Shown here: positions 19,833-30,086 of the stretch, piece after piece | Layout of the letters: each line of letters starts with the position of its first letter | Position numbering within the stretch: the first letter of the stretch is position 1 | DNA from: Oscillospiraceae bacterium | GTDB lineage: Bacteria > Bacillota > Clostridia > Oscillospirales > CAG-272 | Length of the DNA stretch: 64,000 bases | NCBI GenBank assembly: GCA_022009675.1 | Contig: CP091718.1 | Span: 1,609,225 to 1,673,224 of the forward strand | Reading direction: 5' to 3' | Translations under genes and position numbers: made by a program | Notes under the pieces: model-generated | Told to the model about the DNA's origin: nothing | Seen by the model: only the letters and a program-made list of their open reading frames with translations | Databases searched by the model: none

Positions 19833-20392
19833 CTATCGCCTCCAGCACCCGATCCACCGTCTTGCCGTCCCAGCCGGTGCCGAGCATTTGTTTGGTGATG
19901 ATGGTTTATAGAGCGGGTTTTGCTCGATGATGCTCCAGAGATGGCGGAGGATGCGGATATAGTCGTCAAAGTTTTCCTGCACTTTGGAAGCCACGGTTTT
20001 TGCGCCATTCCTCGGCGGGTTCTTTGCCGGCGTAAATGTCGTTGAGCTGCTTGCAGATATAGTTGATAGCAGCGCCAATACCGGGAAGTTCGTTTTCATT
20101 GGCGTCCTGGTTTCTCGGCTCTTCCGAAATCTTTACATGGAGTATCAGATGTTCGAACGGATTGCAATAGACAAGCCGATTCTTTTTCTAATACTCAAAC
20201 GGATTCCGCGCGGCATACTCATCATTACTGAGCATGATTGCCTTATCTTCATCGATATGATGACAGAAGAGACCTTCGGCAGTACGGGAAACCAACTTGT
20301 TCTTGATGGTACATTCTCTGTCGGTGAAATAATCGTGCTTTGCGGCACCGTATTTTTTTCAGGAGCGCTTTTACCAAATCATCATATTTCAT
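19833..20392 (-). pseudogene. HNH-like nuclease, frameshift plus in-frame TAG
   Basis: After the A7 shift the reading is YGAAKHDYFTDRECTIKNKLVSRTAEGLFCHHIDEDKAIMLSNDEYAARNPFEY-TAG(20188-20190)-KKNRLVYCNPFEHLILHVKI. Confidence 0.45.
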
Positions 20393-21457
20393 CAAAAGAT
20401 CGGCTTCATACTCTGTTTTAACTGCCGGATCCATGGATTTTACATTTAACTCAATAAACTCAATTTCATCAGCAGAAAGGTGATATTTTTTATAAAGTTG
20501 GCGGTCAATCTCGGAGATGGATTTTGTCCAATCAATATCGGAATTAGGCTTAAAGTTTTTGTACTGGGATGGTTTCCCATACAATAGGCGGACAATGATG
20601 GGGGGTCTTTTTTATCCCTAACAAAGCTCTAAAGAACTTTGTTTTGAAATACTTTGCAAAATTCTCTGGCTCAATTCTCAAATCAAACATTCCGCCACAA
20701 AGAAATGTGTCGGCAGAACATTCATTTGGCTCACCAACAATCGGTTCCGTTAATGTTTCACCAAACATACCACTATTGTTAGCCTCCGGAATAAATAGTT
20801 TGAAATAATCGAGTTGATCAACACGCAATAAATAATCTTTTGATATATATCGCACGGATCGTTTATTGTTAATCCTTCCCAAAATCTTAACATAATCGCC
20901 CATATCAGGTGCTGTTTCAAGAAAAAAACATCGGGCATTTTTCTCAACTACATTAGAAACAATTTTTATTTCCTGTACCTTCTCCAATTATCCCCTTAGC
21001 TTCGGGGTGATCACAAAAAAAGTTTTCGGAAAAACGAAAAAGTCCTTGTGATGCAATAATTGTATTTAACCCCGGGGCACCGGATGCTTTAACCTTTTCC
21101 AAAATAGAGTTAAGTTCCGGATATTGTACAAATGTATTTATCGGTCCAAAGTCAATACGCGCATCTCGGTATGCAATCACAACCCCACCTTTTATTTCGA
21201 CGCTTGGGAAAAACTTCTTTTGAATCCTCAAAATACTTAATTACCTTAAAAGTGTGTGTCTGAAAGCATTTTTGTCATTCCAAACTTTCGGGGTTTGACC
21301 AGCATTGAACAAAAAAAGCGTGCCGGAGTAATTAATGTAACTATATTTGCAAGGGAAAATGAAACATCATAAAAAAATAGTTATAAACCGGAGGTTTTCT
21401 AGTGTTTCCGCTTTCCTCCTGATACGGCGGATTCCCGACGATTGCATCGAACTTCAT
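20393..21457 (-). pseudogene. N6-adenine DNA methyltransferase (Eco57I-like, NPPY), several frameshifts
   Basis: It starts MKFDAIVGNPPYQ. Later pieces are SVEIKGGVVIAYRD..., IPEANNSGMFGETL... and YHLSADEIEFIELNVKSMD, spread over three frames. Confidence 0.7.
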
Positions 21458-21462
21458 TTCTT

Positions 21463-24400
21463 TCACCTCTTTTTCCCCAATAGCTGCCTTTGAGGATCTT
21501 CTTTTTGAACTGCTCCGGCTTGCTTTTTCAGCATATTGACAAGGTCATCAAAATAGTGGGCATTGACGACATTATCGTGATAACCGGTCAGCGTGCGTTT
21601 TGTGATATACTTTGCCATCGGGGTTTTGCAGATGACATAAATATTGTCGCGGAGAACTTCTTCCCACATGGCTTGCAGCTCGGCGGGCTCCCAGTCGTCA
21701 TCGGTGGTGTCCTCCAGCTTCTGACGGTAAACGCTGTAAGCGACATAGAGCGGATACAATCCGGTCTTGGAATTGATCTCCAGAATATGTGTGTCCTCGC
21801 GGAACACTTCTTTTGTCACCTCTCCCTGATCCACAAAGCGCGGCTCGTCCAGGCGGTGCTTTTCCTCCTGCGTGTCGTCCTCAAACTGTTCATTGAAGAA
21901 GCACCAACCGCCCAGCGTATCGCTCATATGCATATTGACAACACGCCACGGTGTCAGGACAGTTTCCTTGTCAGGATTTTTGAAATGGCGGAAGATCTCG
22001 GCAATCAGTTTTACGCGTCTTGTGGGCGTTTCTTTGTCCGCCGCTGCCGCCAGTTTACGAATGCGTTTGCCTGCCGCGATGAACACATCTCGGTCGTAAT
22101 ATTTTGTGAAATCCGCAAACAGCGGCTTGGTCACGCCTTTGGGCATAAATTCCGCCCATGAGGTATCGTCCACAAGTTCCACAAAGCGGTCAATGTCGAT
22201 GTCCTCGTCAATCGGCACATTGGCGCCGTAAATCATCAGCGGCATACGGATAGAAATACCGCGGAGAATATCAATGGCTTTTTTGCGGGCTTCCTTTGCC
22301 TGTTTCTTTTTCAGGCGATCCGCGATTTCTTCCGGTGTTGGCGGTGTGGGAGGTGTGACGGGCTCATCATCACCGTCGTCGATATGGGCGATCTGTTCAT
22401 CGGTCAGTCCCTGACCGTTGACAACGACGCTGTCTTTTTTCTTCTGCGCTTGGGAGGCGCCGATAATGTCCTTCAACGCATTGAATTTGGAAGCATCGAT
22501 ATCGTCAAGCTTCAGAAGCTCATCGTTATAGATGGATTCGTCTTCAAATCCGCTGTTGACGGCTCTCTCGGCGTAAATCTGCTTGACCTGCTCCATCATG
22601 GAGCTGACGCTGTATTTGGTCATTCTCGATCCGGCAATCGCAATGACGGGGCAATAGTTCAGAAATTCTGTCATTACCTCGCGGCGCTTTTTCTGATTTT
22701 TGCCGGGTTTACGGGAAAGATGTACGGTTTCGGTCAGCACTTTCAGGGTTCTGTCAGGTGCAAAGTCAAAAACATAGCAATCGGTTTTCTGCTTGCCGTC
22801 AATACATCCGGCAGACTGCACACGGAAAATGGTCTGCATATACTGAGAAGCAGCTGTGGAATAGGAGCCGGAAAGCATCAGCACCGCCGTCCACTCCGGA
22901 ACGGTCACGCCAGTGGTCAGTTTTTTCCGCAGGAAAGTGTGATGGAATACTTATTTTCGCGGATGGTTTTGCGAACAAGCTCCAGCGCGTCCTTTGCGTG
23001 GTCTTCCTCGTAAGTATCACCCTCTCCGGCAACATTGGCAATGCCGAAATGCATAAACACCGGGTGATGGCGGAGCATTTCGCTGAGCGCCTTTGCCTCT
23101 TTTGACGCCGGGCACCATCCACAGCGTATGGCGGAACATATTACGGTAGGCATCGGTAGAGAAGGGATAGATGCTGTCCTTGTCCTCTTTTGCCATCAGA
23201 TCCAGGAAAGAACGGACGTCCGCTTCGTGTACGAAGTTGCCCTCAACGGCACCTTGTGGGATCTCACGCCTGCCATGCGGGCCTCTTGACCATACACGGA
23301 AGAATTCGCGGAAGTTGAATGCCTTGGTATCGTATTCGTCCGAGACATATTTTTTTCAGTTTTTCGCCGAGATCGTAGGTATAGATATGCATCTGCGGCA
23401 GATCGGCATAGGGGTTGTGGTCACCATAATGCTCCGCGTCCCACTCTGCCTTTTTCTTCTGCTCCATGACATAGTCCCAGGTATAGACATTGTCTTCGCC
23501 GAACTTATCAAGCAGATTGAACGGCGTGCCGGACAAAGCCAGCACTTTGGTGCTCGCTTTGCGCAGTTGTTTTATGACATGATCGCCCAGTTCGGTCTGT
23601 GTGCCTTCGTGGGCTTCGTCAACGATGATAAGATCCCCAATCCAGGTCAAATACCGCGTTGTTTTTATTGAATTTTCCGCCGACACGTTTGGAGCCGCGC
23701 AGATCCTGAATCGACGCAAAAATAGAGGAAATAGGCGCCGTCTTTATCAAGCCGTTTGATTTTCAGATCGTTTTCAAGGTCAATCTTCTCATCGTAGGTA
23801 TAGGCGGAGTCGTTGGTTTTCAGTTCAAAAGAATAGTCATGCTCGGATGAACCCGGATAAAAGATTTTTGCAAAATCCGTGCTCCATCCGTCGCTGACGA
23901 CCGGACGATGCGTGACAATGATCACGCGGCGATACTGCGAACGGCGCACGACTTCAAGGGCTGTCAGTGTTTTGCCAAAACGCATTTTGGCATACCACAG
24001 CATTTCGTTCTCTTTTTTTGAACGCTTTGATGGTCTGTTCGATCGCTGCCTTCTGCTCATCACGGAAATCTATTTTTGCAACCGTCTGCCCGTCAGAGGT
24101 TTTCTCGGTCGAGGAAAGCGCGGACTTGCCTTGTTTTACGGCAAGGATCGCGCGAATTGCCACATCTACCGTCGTGGCAAACCATTCCTCGCCCGTTGCA
24201 CCGTTTGGCTGAACCTTATGAATGCCGGAATTCATCAGAACCTTGTGGACATCTTTGTCCTTAAAGGTGAATGAATATCCGTCATTTTGCAGGACAGCCA
24301 GCTCGGTATATTCCAACTTAAAGTTCACGCTTGCGGTTGCTGTGTAGCCTTTGATACGGGCAATAGCCGCCTGATTCAGTTCGCGGCAATTCGGTGTCAG

Positions 24401-24526
24401 GTATTCGGGTTTCGTATCCGTGGTCAATGTCGCCTCACCGATTTTCAGAAGCCCCTTATGGGTATCGTAGGGCATGCTGAAAACATATATGAGTTTGTAT
24501 TTATAGGTGCAATCAAACCTTTCCAT
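21463..24526 (-). pseudogene. GIY-YIG (T5orf172-like) + SF2 DEAD/DEAH helicase restriction-type enzyme, several frameshifts
   Basis: N-terminus KYKLIYVFSMPYDTHKGLLKIGEAT, helicase motif I AKMRFGKT, motif II IIVDEAHEG, and a long intact C-terminal ORF 21463-22908. Confidence 0.75.
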
Positions 24527-25505
24527 GTTTTTCGCTCCTCTCAAACAAGTCAATAAATCTTACGGAATGTTCGCGGCTCCAATCCATGATTCGGCAGTAG
24601 GTGCCGGTATGGAGAGCGTTATCGTTTTTCAAGCAGCCGGGGCACGGCTCGTTTTTTGTCCTATCATCGAACAAGGACAACTGAAAATTTTCAATCGGTT
24701 TGCAGGAATTCGGAATCACATATTTTAACCCGTCCATCTGCCAAAGATTCCATGAAAGGATTTTTGCGATTTTTACCAGGTATTCCTTAATCGGCGGTAC
24801 GGTGAACCGATCCGTATAGTAGTCGATGAAGGAAAACAACAGATTCTCGCGGGCAATAAGCAGGCTGTCGCCTTGCCATTCAAAGCCATACACCGATTGA
24901 AAGGCTTTGGTTACCCACTTCATCCAATCCTGTTCGGTCTCTGTGTTTTCGTTGACAATGCGTATTTTGCGATCCAGGATGCCGATCCTGTCGCGCACTT
25001 CAATCCATTTTCCGGTCACGGTGTCATAACGGCTCGCAAGGTATGGTGCTTCGCCGCAGGAAATCTCCATGCGATTGGCTTTTACATAGTCCTGCCATGT
25101 CCTGCCTTCGGGAAAAGTAATTTTTTCTACCGATGTGATCCATGTCTGACTGTTCTCGGTGTTAAACACATTTTTCTCTGCCGAACCATGCGTTGTCCAC
25201 AAGGTTATTTTGGTTGTTACATACCCACGACGGAGTGAAAACCTCCGCCTTGTCACGAACGCGAATTGCCTGTTCCTTTTTTGATTTTGTCGTTCGTGGT
25301 TTGATAACGCTTCCGTTACGGTGCGTAATGCTATCTACCATGATCTGATCGCTGCTTTGATATCCAAACCCGCGCTCGGCATAGTTATCGGTCGCCCAAA
25401 TAATATTTTTTTGCCGGAGCTCTTATCGAGAAGCAAAATTGCAAGCAGATTCGCATCCAGCTGATAGATATAATTTTTCTTTTTATATCAATATTTTTGT
25501 TCCAT
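24513..25505 (-). pseudogene. R-M-associated conserved protein of uncertain function, frameshifted at its 5' end
   Basis: NIIWATDNYAERGFGYQ...KAEVFTPSWVCNNQNN...EISCGEAPYLASRYD...RIGILDRKIRIV. I have seen this pattern annotated next to Eco57I-type methylases but cannot name the family. Confidence 0.4.
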
Positions 25506-25608
25506 TTTCATCTCACGATAAAAATCATTTTATACGACCTCGGACAATTTCAAATTGTCAATTTTTTATGAGGGAGCTGTTGAATTTTTATCACAATACA
25601 AAGCATTT

Positions 25609-25811
25609 TTAATTATCGTAGTATATTTTGTGTTTTAAGGGCATACATGCGTTCGTATGCGCGGTACACAGGGATCTATCATTAGCACGCTCAAATGCTG
25701 TCCGCACCAATGATTCAATCGCTTGATCCATCTCGCTCCAATATGCCCACACCACATAGTTTTTGTTATCCCATAGCTTGGGCGAAATAGTGCTCAATTC
25801 CAATTGACTTA
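25609..25811 (-). pseudogene. ThsB-like TIR gene, 3' fragment (left of the IS)
   Basis: SQLELSTISPKLWDNKNYVVWAYWSEMDQAIESL... joins in frame to 26629-26938 once the IS and one TA are removed. Confidence 0.65.
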
Positions 25812-26626
25812 GAGCCTGTTGACACTATTTTAGCCACATGAAGACGCACGCGATTTGAACGAACGACAGGAAGATAACATCGAGTTTATCATATCTTGTA
25901 CACACTCTGCGAAACGCTTTTAGCCATCGAAACAGTCTTTCGATAATATTCCTTCGCTTATATAGTTCATGGTCATATTCCCACGGATTTATGCGATTTT
26001 TCTTTGGTGGGACAACCGGTTTGTGTCCGAAAGACTGGCAGAGTTCTCTTGTTTTATCACCCTCATAGGCTCTATCCATTAAGTACGGAATTCCCGAATA
26101 GCTATCTCCTATGTTTTCAATTGAGATTCTTCCTTGTGGGGCGTCGTGACAGTTTCCACCGGATAAGTGCATTCCGACAATGACCTTGTCATTTGCGGAT
26201 ACCACGTGAAGCTTGGTATTCCATCCGCCCTTTGATTTCCCGATACATTGTTGTCCGTGTTTTTTAAAGCGCCATGTGCGTCAGGGTGCAATTTACAAGA
26301 GGTACTGTCCAAAGCCAGCACTTGTACTTTGATCGCGATAATTTTTTCCTGCTGCAGTGCATTAAAAATACGCTGTATTACGCCATTTTCACACCATCTT
26401 TTTAAATCTTTGGTAAATGCTATTCCATTTGCCGTATTTCTCTGGAAGTGCCCTCCACTTGCACCCATTTTTCGGTAATATACAAGATAGCGTTGATAAA
26501 TGTGTAATTGTCGATTTTTACATTCCCACGCTGAACCGGAAAATACTTTTCGATTCTTGCGTACTGCGCTTTTGTGATATTCATGTATTTATTATATCAT
26601 ATTTTGACCTTAGTGTCAACATGCTC
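25812..26626 (-). mobile_element. IS5-family insertion sequence (IS427/IS1031-like size), 815 bp
   Basis: The terminal inverted repeats are GAGCCTGTTGACACTA and GAGCATGTTGACACTA (15/16). TA is present on both flanks (25810-25811, 26627-26628). The transposase stop lies inside the left IR. Confidence 0.85.
25825..26584 (-). pseudogene. IS5-family DDE transposase, frame changes at A-runs
   Basis: MNITKAQYARIEKYFPVQRGN...GCKWRALPEKYGKWNSIYQRF...LDSTSCKLHPDAHGALK then ...LSGGNCHDAPQGR...YLMDRAYEGDKTR...RNIIERLFRWLKAFRRVCTRYDK. One shift, at an A6 run, could be programmed. Confidence 0.8.
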
Positions 26627-26628
26627 TA

Positions 26629-26938
26629 GTGAATCGCTTCTGGAAGGTAAATGAACAGCTATAATCCCAAGTCGTTGACCCACTATGCCACGAAGCGCTG
26701 TGTGTATTTCTCTATCAACATGAGGTCTACTGTATGTTTCTTTACCAATCAAACATAGCAACACTTGGCATTTCTTAACATGTCTACATGTAAAATCTCG
26801 AATCGTTTCATTGCTTTTTCCATTAAAATCTGCATTTTCCGGAACCGCGTAATATTCGATTTGATGTGCTTTTAAAATAGTCTCAAGCTTTTTTCGATAT
26901 TTAGCATCGGCTCGGTGATAACTGATAAACACTTTCAT
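26629..26938 (-). pseudogene. ThsB-like (DUF1863-type) TIR gene, 5' fragment
   Basis: MKVFISYHRADAKYRKKLETIL...CQVLLCLIGKETYSRPHVDREIHTAL.... The ATG overlaps the stop of the upstream gene (ATGA). The reading runs into the IS right end after ...SRSDSL. Confidence 0.7.
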
Positions 26939-27360
26939 CTTGCTATCCCCCAAACAGTCAATCCAATAATCAAAGCTCCGTATAAAGGAACTGTTGATGC
27001 CGATCCTATAAAAGCTCTCCAAAAAGAATAGTGCCATCCCGTAAATTTGTTCAAAGGCATTTCGTACTCACGAATTACAATATGGTTTTCAAGTCCGGCG
27101 ACATTATTATAAATACCAATAAATTTGTATTCTTTTGATAGATAGAAAGCGTCCAAAAACCCAAAAATTAAAACCACAGGTGCAAGCGCTATCCAAAGGT
27201 ACATCTTATTTCCCGTATTTGTTTCTGATATTGTTGAAACATACACAGCAATCAACGCTGAAACGGCGGCAATTGCCCATCCTTTCATTTGAAAAGAACA
27301 TTGATTCATGCGTGAAATACTATTTTGGATGAATTCCAAATGCTGCTCGTTCGGTTTCAT
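26935..27360 (-). CDS. small 3-TM membrane protein (SLATT/DUF4231-like topology)
   Basis: 141 aa. An N-terminal helix LEFIQNSISRMNQCSFQMKGW is followed by hydrophobic helices at about 28-45, 56-75 and 120-140. It sits between and is coupled to its neighbours. Confidence 0.6.
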   Translation of the reverse strand: MKPNEQHLEFIQNSISRMNQCSFQMKGWAIAAVSALIAVYVSTISETNTGNKMYLWIALAPVVLIFGFLDAFYLSKEYKFIGIYNNVAGLENHIVIREYEMPLNKFTGWHYSFWRAFIGSASTVPLYGALIIGLTVWGIAR

Positions 27361-27371
27361 AATGCTACTCC

Positions 27372-28709
27372 TTATTTTACTGAATCATCAGAAATTGAAA
27401 GACTATACGAAACATTCTTTCTCGTCCCGCTCGCCGTAATCTTTCCGTCCTCCATCATTTTTTGCAGAATTCTGCGTGTGGTGGAGGTGGAAACGCCGAG
27501 TGCTTTCTCGATTTCCGTGCGGGGATGTGGCGCATGATCGGAGAGAACAGTGAGGACGATCTGTTCCCGTTCGGTGAAAACAGGCGGCTCTTTGACTATA
27601 TTTGTAGTCGTTTTCAAAGATATGCTCTGATTCGGCAAGACAAATTTGAATGCCCCGGAAGTTACAGTCACCTCCGGTTTTCTCGGAGAATTCTGATAGG
27701 AGGACATGATCTTGTTCATGCCGGTTCCGTATGCCTCGATGAGTCCCATGCGATAGAAAATGTCGGCAAGTTTTTTGTTACGGCAATAGGAAATACCAAG
27801 CATCATATCGTCATAGGAAATGCCCCCGGCAAGACCGCCGATGGAAATCAGCTCAATACGGTCCGAATACACGCTGAGAAGCGTACTTGCCGAAACGGCA
27901 TAGTCCCGGTGAACAATGGCGTTGAGGAGCGCCTCGCGAATGGCGGTATCGGGATAATCTCTGTGGTCAATGCGCTGTAACCCCTCAAAGGTCGCCGCAT
28001 TCCGGTTGCGCATATCAAGGTAAGCATACGCATCCTCCAACTGCTTTAAGAGCGAACCGGTGAACTCCCGACGGTCCTGGAAGTTGTCCTGATTGACGCC
28101 GGCAAAGGTAGCGGCTTTGATGATATGCGGGCACTGATCTGAAAGGAGCAAGGCAAGGTTGGAATACAACCCGTCGCGGTCGATAAGTCCGAGCGTTTTC
28201 ATCTGCGTTTCGCCGAGGGAGAGATTCCGCTTGGCAAACTCCGCCGTCACCTTTTCAAAAGTCAATTCCTGTTCCAGCGAACGCATATCCTCGTAATTAT
28301 CGCCATCGGTTTCCTTGATCATTTGGCGGATAGCGGTATCGGATGCAGGGACAGAGGATGTGCCCTGACGGACAAATACACCTTCCGGACGGAGTCCTTT
28401 GGCGGCAAGGTAATACGGACGATGTGCCCCGCATTGTACCTGCACGGCAACAATGCTTTTTCCCTCATCCGCAGGTAATGCCTCGATGTGCATAAACAGC
28501 GTAACATCGGGCTTTATAGCGTCTCTTGCCGCATTCATTACCTGCTGCATCACGGCATCGGCATTTCCCACGCCGCAAACACTTCCGTTATCTTCTACGC
28601 CAATATAAATCGTGCCTCCGCGCGTATTGGCAAAGGCGATGATCTCTTTCTTGATGTCCTCTACATAGACGGACTTCAATTCCACCGTTTCACTTTCGGC
28701 AAACAGCAT
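27372..28709 (-). CDS. AlbA_2/Schlafen-like + HATPase_c_4-like + wHTH protein (COG2865 type)
   Basis: 445 aa. ESETVELK..IAFANTRGGTIYIGVEDNGSVCGV, AIREALLNAIVHRDY, and a C-terminal TSTTRRILQKMMEDGKI. Confidence 0.75.
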   Translation of the reverse strand: MLFAESETVELKSVYVEDIKKEIIAFANTRGGTIYIGVEDNGSVCGVGNADAVMQQVMNAARDAIKPDVTLFMHIEALPADEGKSIVAVQVQCGAHRPYYLAAKGLRPEGVFVRQGTSSVPASDTAIRQMIKETDGDNYEDMRSLEQELTFEKVTAEFAKRNLSLGETQMKTLGLIDRDGLYSNLALLLSDQCPHIIKAATFAGVNQDNFQDRREFTGSLLKQLEDAYAYLDMRNRNAATFEGLQRIDHRDYPDTAIREALLNAIVHRDYAVSASTLLSVYSDRIELISIGGLAGGISYDDMMLGISYCRNKKLADIFYRMGLIEAYGTGMNKIMSSYQNSPRKPEVTVTSGAFKFVLPNQSISLKTTTNIVKEPPVFTEREQIVLTVLSDHAPHPRTEIEKALGVSTSTTRRILQKMMEDGKITASGTRKNVSYSLSISDDSVK

Positions 28710-28746
28710 AGCAACCTCCGAGCAAAAAGTCTTTCTTTCAATGTAT

Positions 28747-28792
28747 AGTATACCACAATTTGTTCATCGCGTCAAGTCATATGAACAAATTG
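28747..28792 (-). promoter_or_regulatory. promoter with 12-bp inverted-repeat operator
   Basis: On the minus strand: TTGACG (28775-28770), 17 nt, TATACT (28752-28747). CAATTTGTTCAT (28756-28767) and ATGAACAAATTG (28781-28792) flank the -35. Confidence 0.5.
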
Positions 28793-28820
28793 GTGAATAA
28801 TAAATTGAATAAATTTCTGC

Positions 28821-28883
28821 TGTCGGGGTATGGGGATACCCCATCTTCGAATTATGGGGACATAATTCATTGCTCGTTCAGAA
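28821..28883. repeat. inverted repeat, left arm
   Basis: It contains GGGGTATGGGGA (28825-28836) and AATTCATTGCTCGTTCAGAA (28864-28883). Both are present as exact reverse complements at 29760-29771 and 29714-29733. Confidence 0.7.
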
Positions 28884-28991
28884 GGAAAGACACATAAAAA
28901 CACACATGAAATGTAGTCCCATCGCTTCTGATTGCAGAGTTTCTGCGTTCCGGTTTGCCGGAATTTTCGCTTGGAAATTTTCCGAAACGCC

Positions 28992-29020
28992 TTGACAAAT
29001 CCCTGAGATCATGGTATTAT
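28992..29020 (+). promoter_or_regulatory. sigma-70-like promoter
   Basis: TTGACA (28992-28997), 17 nt, TATTAT (29015-29020), just upstream of the LexA-like gene. Confidence 0.5.
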
Positions 29021-29034
29021 ATTAGTGAGCCAAT

Positions 29035-29682
29035 ATGGGCAATTATATTTTCGGAGGCATTATGCGCAAACGAAACGAAGGCAATTTTGCCGTGATTCGA
29101 GAGTTTGTCGACCGATATTTTTTAGAGAATCAACGCTCTCCAAGCACACGGGAGATTGAAGCCGGGACGGGTATACCCCGCGCAACGGCGCAACGATGTC
29201 TGCGTCTGATGAGTGAAAGCGGAGAGATTTCATACGGTAAACGGCGTGGAATTGAAACTGATTTGTCCCGCAAAATCGGCGACTCCGTATCGGTTACGCT
29301 CTATGAAAGCACCGTTTCCTGTGGTACGCCGAACGAGCCGTATGCAGATATCTGCGAGGTGATTTCGCTCCCGCGTTCATGGGTTGGTGAAGGTGAATTC
29401 TTCGGAGTTTACGCCAAAGGAAACTCTATGGTGGACATCGGCGTTGAAGAAGGCGATCTTCTGATCGCAAGAAAACAGAATACTTTCGATGACGGAGATC
29501 TTGTAATTGCCCTTGTCAACGGAACGGAAACCGCTTTCAAACGGTTGTACCGGGGCAAGGAAAACGGCGGCTTTATTCTTCACGCAGAGAATAAAACCTA
29601 CCGAGGAGAAGAACTTGATCGGCATGTAAAAAATGTTTCGGTGCAAGGAATCGTCCTTCGCGTTCTCAAAGAATTGAAGTGA
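29035..29682 (+). CDS. LexA-like / phage-repressor-type S24 peptidase
   Basis: 215 aa. N-terminal wHTH (STREIEAGTGIPRATAQRCLRLM) and an S24 domain with GNSM and FKRL. Confidence 0.8.
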   Translation: MGNYIFGGIMRKRNEGNFAVIREFVDRYFLENQRSPSTREIEAGTGIPRATAQRCLRLMSESGEISYGKRRGIETDLSRKIGDSVSVTLYESTVSCGTPNEPYADICEVISLPRSWVGEGEFFGVYAKGNSMVDIGVEEGDLLIARKQNTFDDGDLVIALVNGTETAFKRLYRGKENGGFILHAENKTYRGEELDRHVKNVSVQGIVLRVLKELK

Positions 29683-29713
29683 TTCTATGAAAAAGAGAAA
29701 AACTCGTCCTTTA

Positions 29714-29777
29714 TTCTGAACGAGCAATGAATTTTTGCAATCAAAATTCGGTGGGGGAGTCCCCATACCCCTATGCA
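29714..29777. repeat. inverted repeat, right arm
   Basis: TTCTGAACGAGCAATGAATT (29714-29733) and TCCCCATACCCC (29760-29771) are exact reverse complements of blocks in 28821-28883. Confidence 0.7.
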
Positions 29778-30086
29778 AGGAAAGGAAGAATGCTATGGCA
29801 AAATCGGAATGGTTGGAAAAAAATAAAACGACTTCTATGTAGCAAGCAATCCGGTTTGATTCTCGATCTGAGCGATGCCAATGCCGTACTGGCACGCATC
29901 GTTGAAATTCTCAAAGAGAATCGCGGGGAGATCAATCTGCCCGACATCGAGTTGGAAGCACTCGCACGAGCCTTTCTCCCCGATATTCTCGCATTCTTTT
30001 CCTCACCGGAAGGGAAAGCGGAATACGAAGCGTGGCAGAAAGAAGTGTCATTGAAAACAGAGAGCGATAGAAAGGAGACGGCATGA
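29727..30086 (+). pseudogene. small recombinase-associated protein, frameshifted near the start
   Basis: MAKSEWLEKNK (ATG about 29794) shifts at an A7 run into ...GLILDLSDANAVLARIVEILKENRGEINLPDIE.... Its stop overlaps the recombinase start. Confidence 0.3.

Noticed and set aside
23171-24556. Plus-strand ORFs across the helicase locus (23171-23671, 23879-24274, 24287-24556 and others).
   Set aside because: All are antisense to recognisable GIY-YIG and helicase motifs on the minus strand.
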